From a virus, in IMG/VR virus record IMGVR_UViG_3300032214_001034, positions 10,469 to 74,468 of that record: 64,000 nucleotides of DNA; one strand, written 5' to 3'. Below are positions 63,887 to 64,000 of the stretch, piece after piece. The notes beneath the pieces are model-generated. The model was not told the origin of the DNA, did not search any database, and saw only the letters and a program-made list of their open reading frames with translations. The stretch's first letter is position 1. The number at the start of each line of letters is the position of its first letter. Made by a program: the position numbers and the translations under genes.

Positions 63887-64000
63887 AATTCAAAAGAACT
63901 ACAAACTCACACTCACAGAGCAACAAGCAAAAGAACTCTACTGGATTTTGAAAGATGTAAATTTGGATGTTGATAATGAGTTGAAACTTGTTTATCACGA
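63879..64000 (+). CDS. Hypothetical protein, truncated by window end
   Basis: MIEIQKNYKLTLTEQQAKELY...; GGAG RBS. Confidence 0.5.
   Translation, partial: MIEIQKNYKLTLTEQQAKELYWILKDVNLDVDNELKLVYH

Noticed and set aside
1-64000. CRISPR array or rRNA
   Set aside because: No regularly spaced repeat-spacer units or rRNA-like sequence seen

Overview
A 64-kb segment of a T4-like cyanomyophage genome (Kyanoviridae-type; cp12 and a DUF1825 gene point to a cyanobacterial host). Layout: (1) 1-2.2 kb, gp33/gp59/gp32 late-transcription and replication genes. (2) 2.2-22.5 kb, baseplate/tail morphogenesis (gp53, gp48, gp2, gp4 on the minus strand; gp54-like, gp26, gp51, two tape-measure-like proteins, gp27-like, cp12, a split gp5, a PA14-domain protein). 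(3) 22.5-24.6 kb, an early-promoter island with tRNA-Leu(TAA), tRNA-Thr(TGT) and a Mom-like DNA-modification gene. (4) 24.6-58.1 kb, a very large fibre/adhesin locus of repeated stalk -> adaptor -> glycine/proline-rich tip cassettes. Their terminal peptides co-vary like a docking code, and an early-promoter-driven cluster of three 2OG-Fe(II) oxygenases plus a flavin-dependent halogenase and two GIY-YIG/NUMOD3 endonucleases sits inside it. (5) 58.1-64 kb, small early/accessory genes behind a repeated GACA-N8-ACTGGCACA-N30-TATA(A/G)T promoter. Best candidates for novelty: the hierarchical, shufflable branched-adhesin system with its own modifying enzymes, and tiny late hairpin RNAs, one of which is complementary to the 5' end of the endonuclease mRNA. 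All product calls come from motif recognition and gene order, not database searches.
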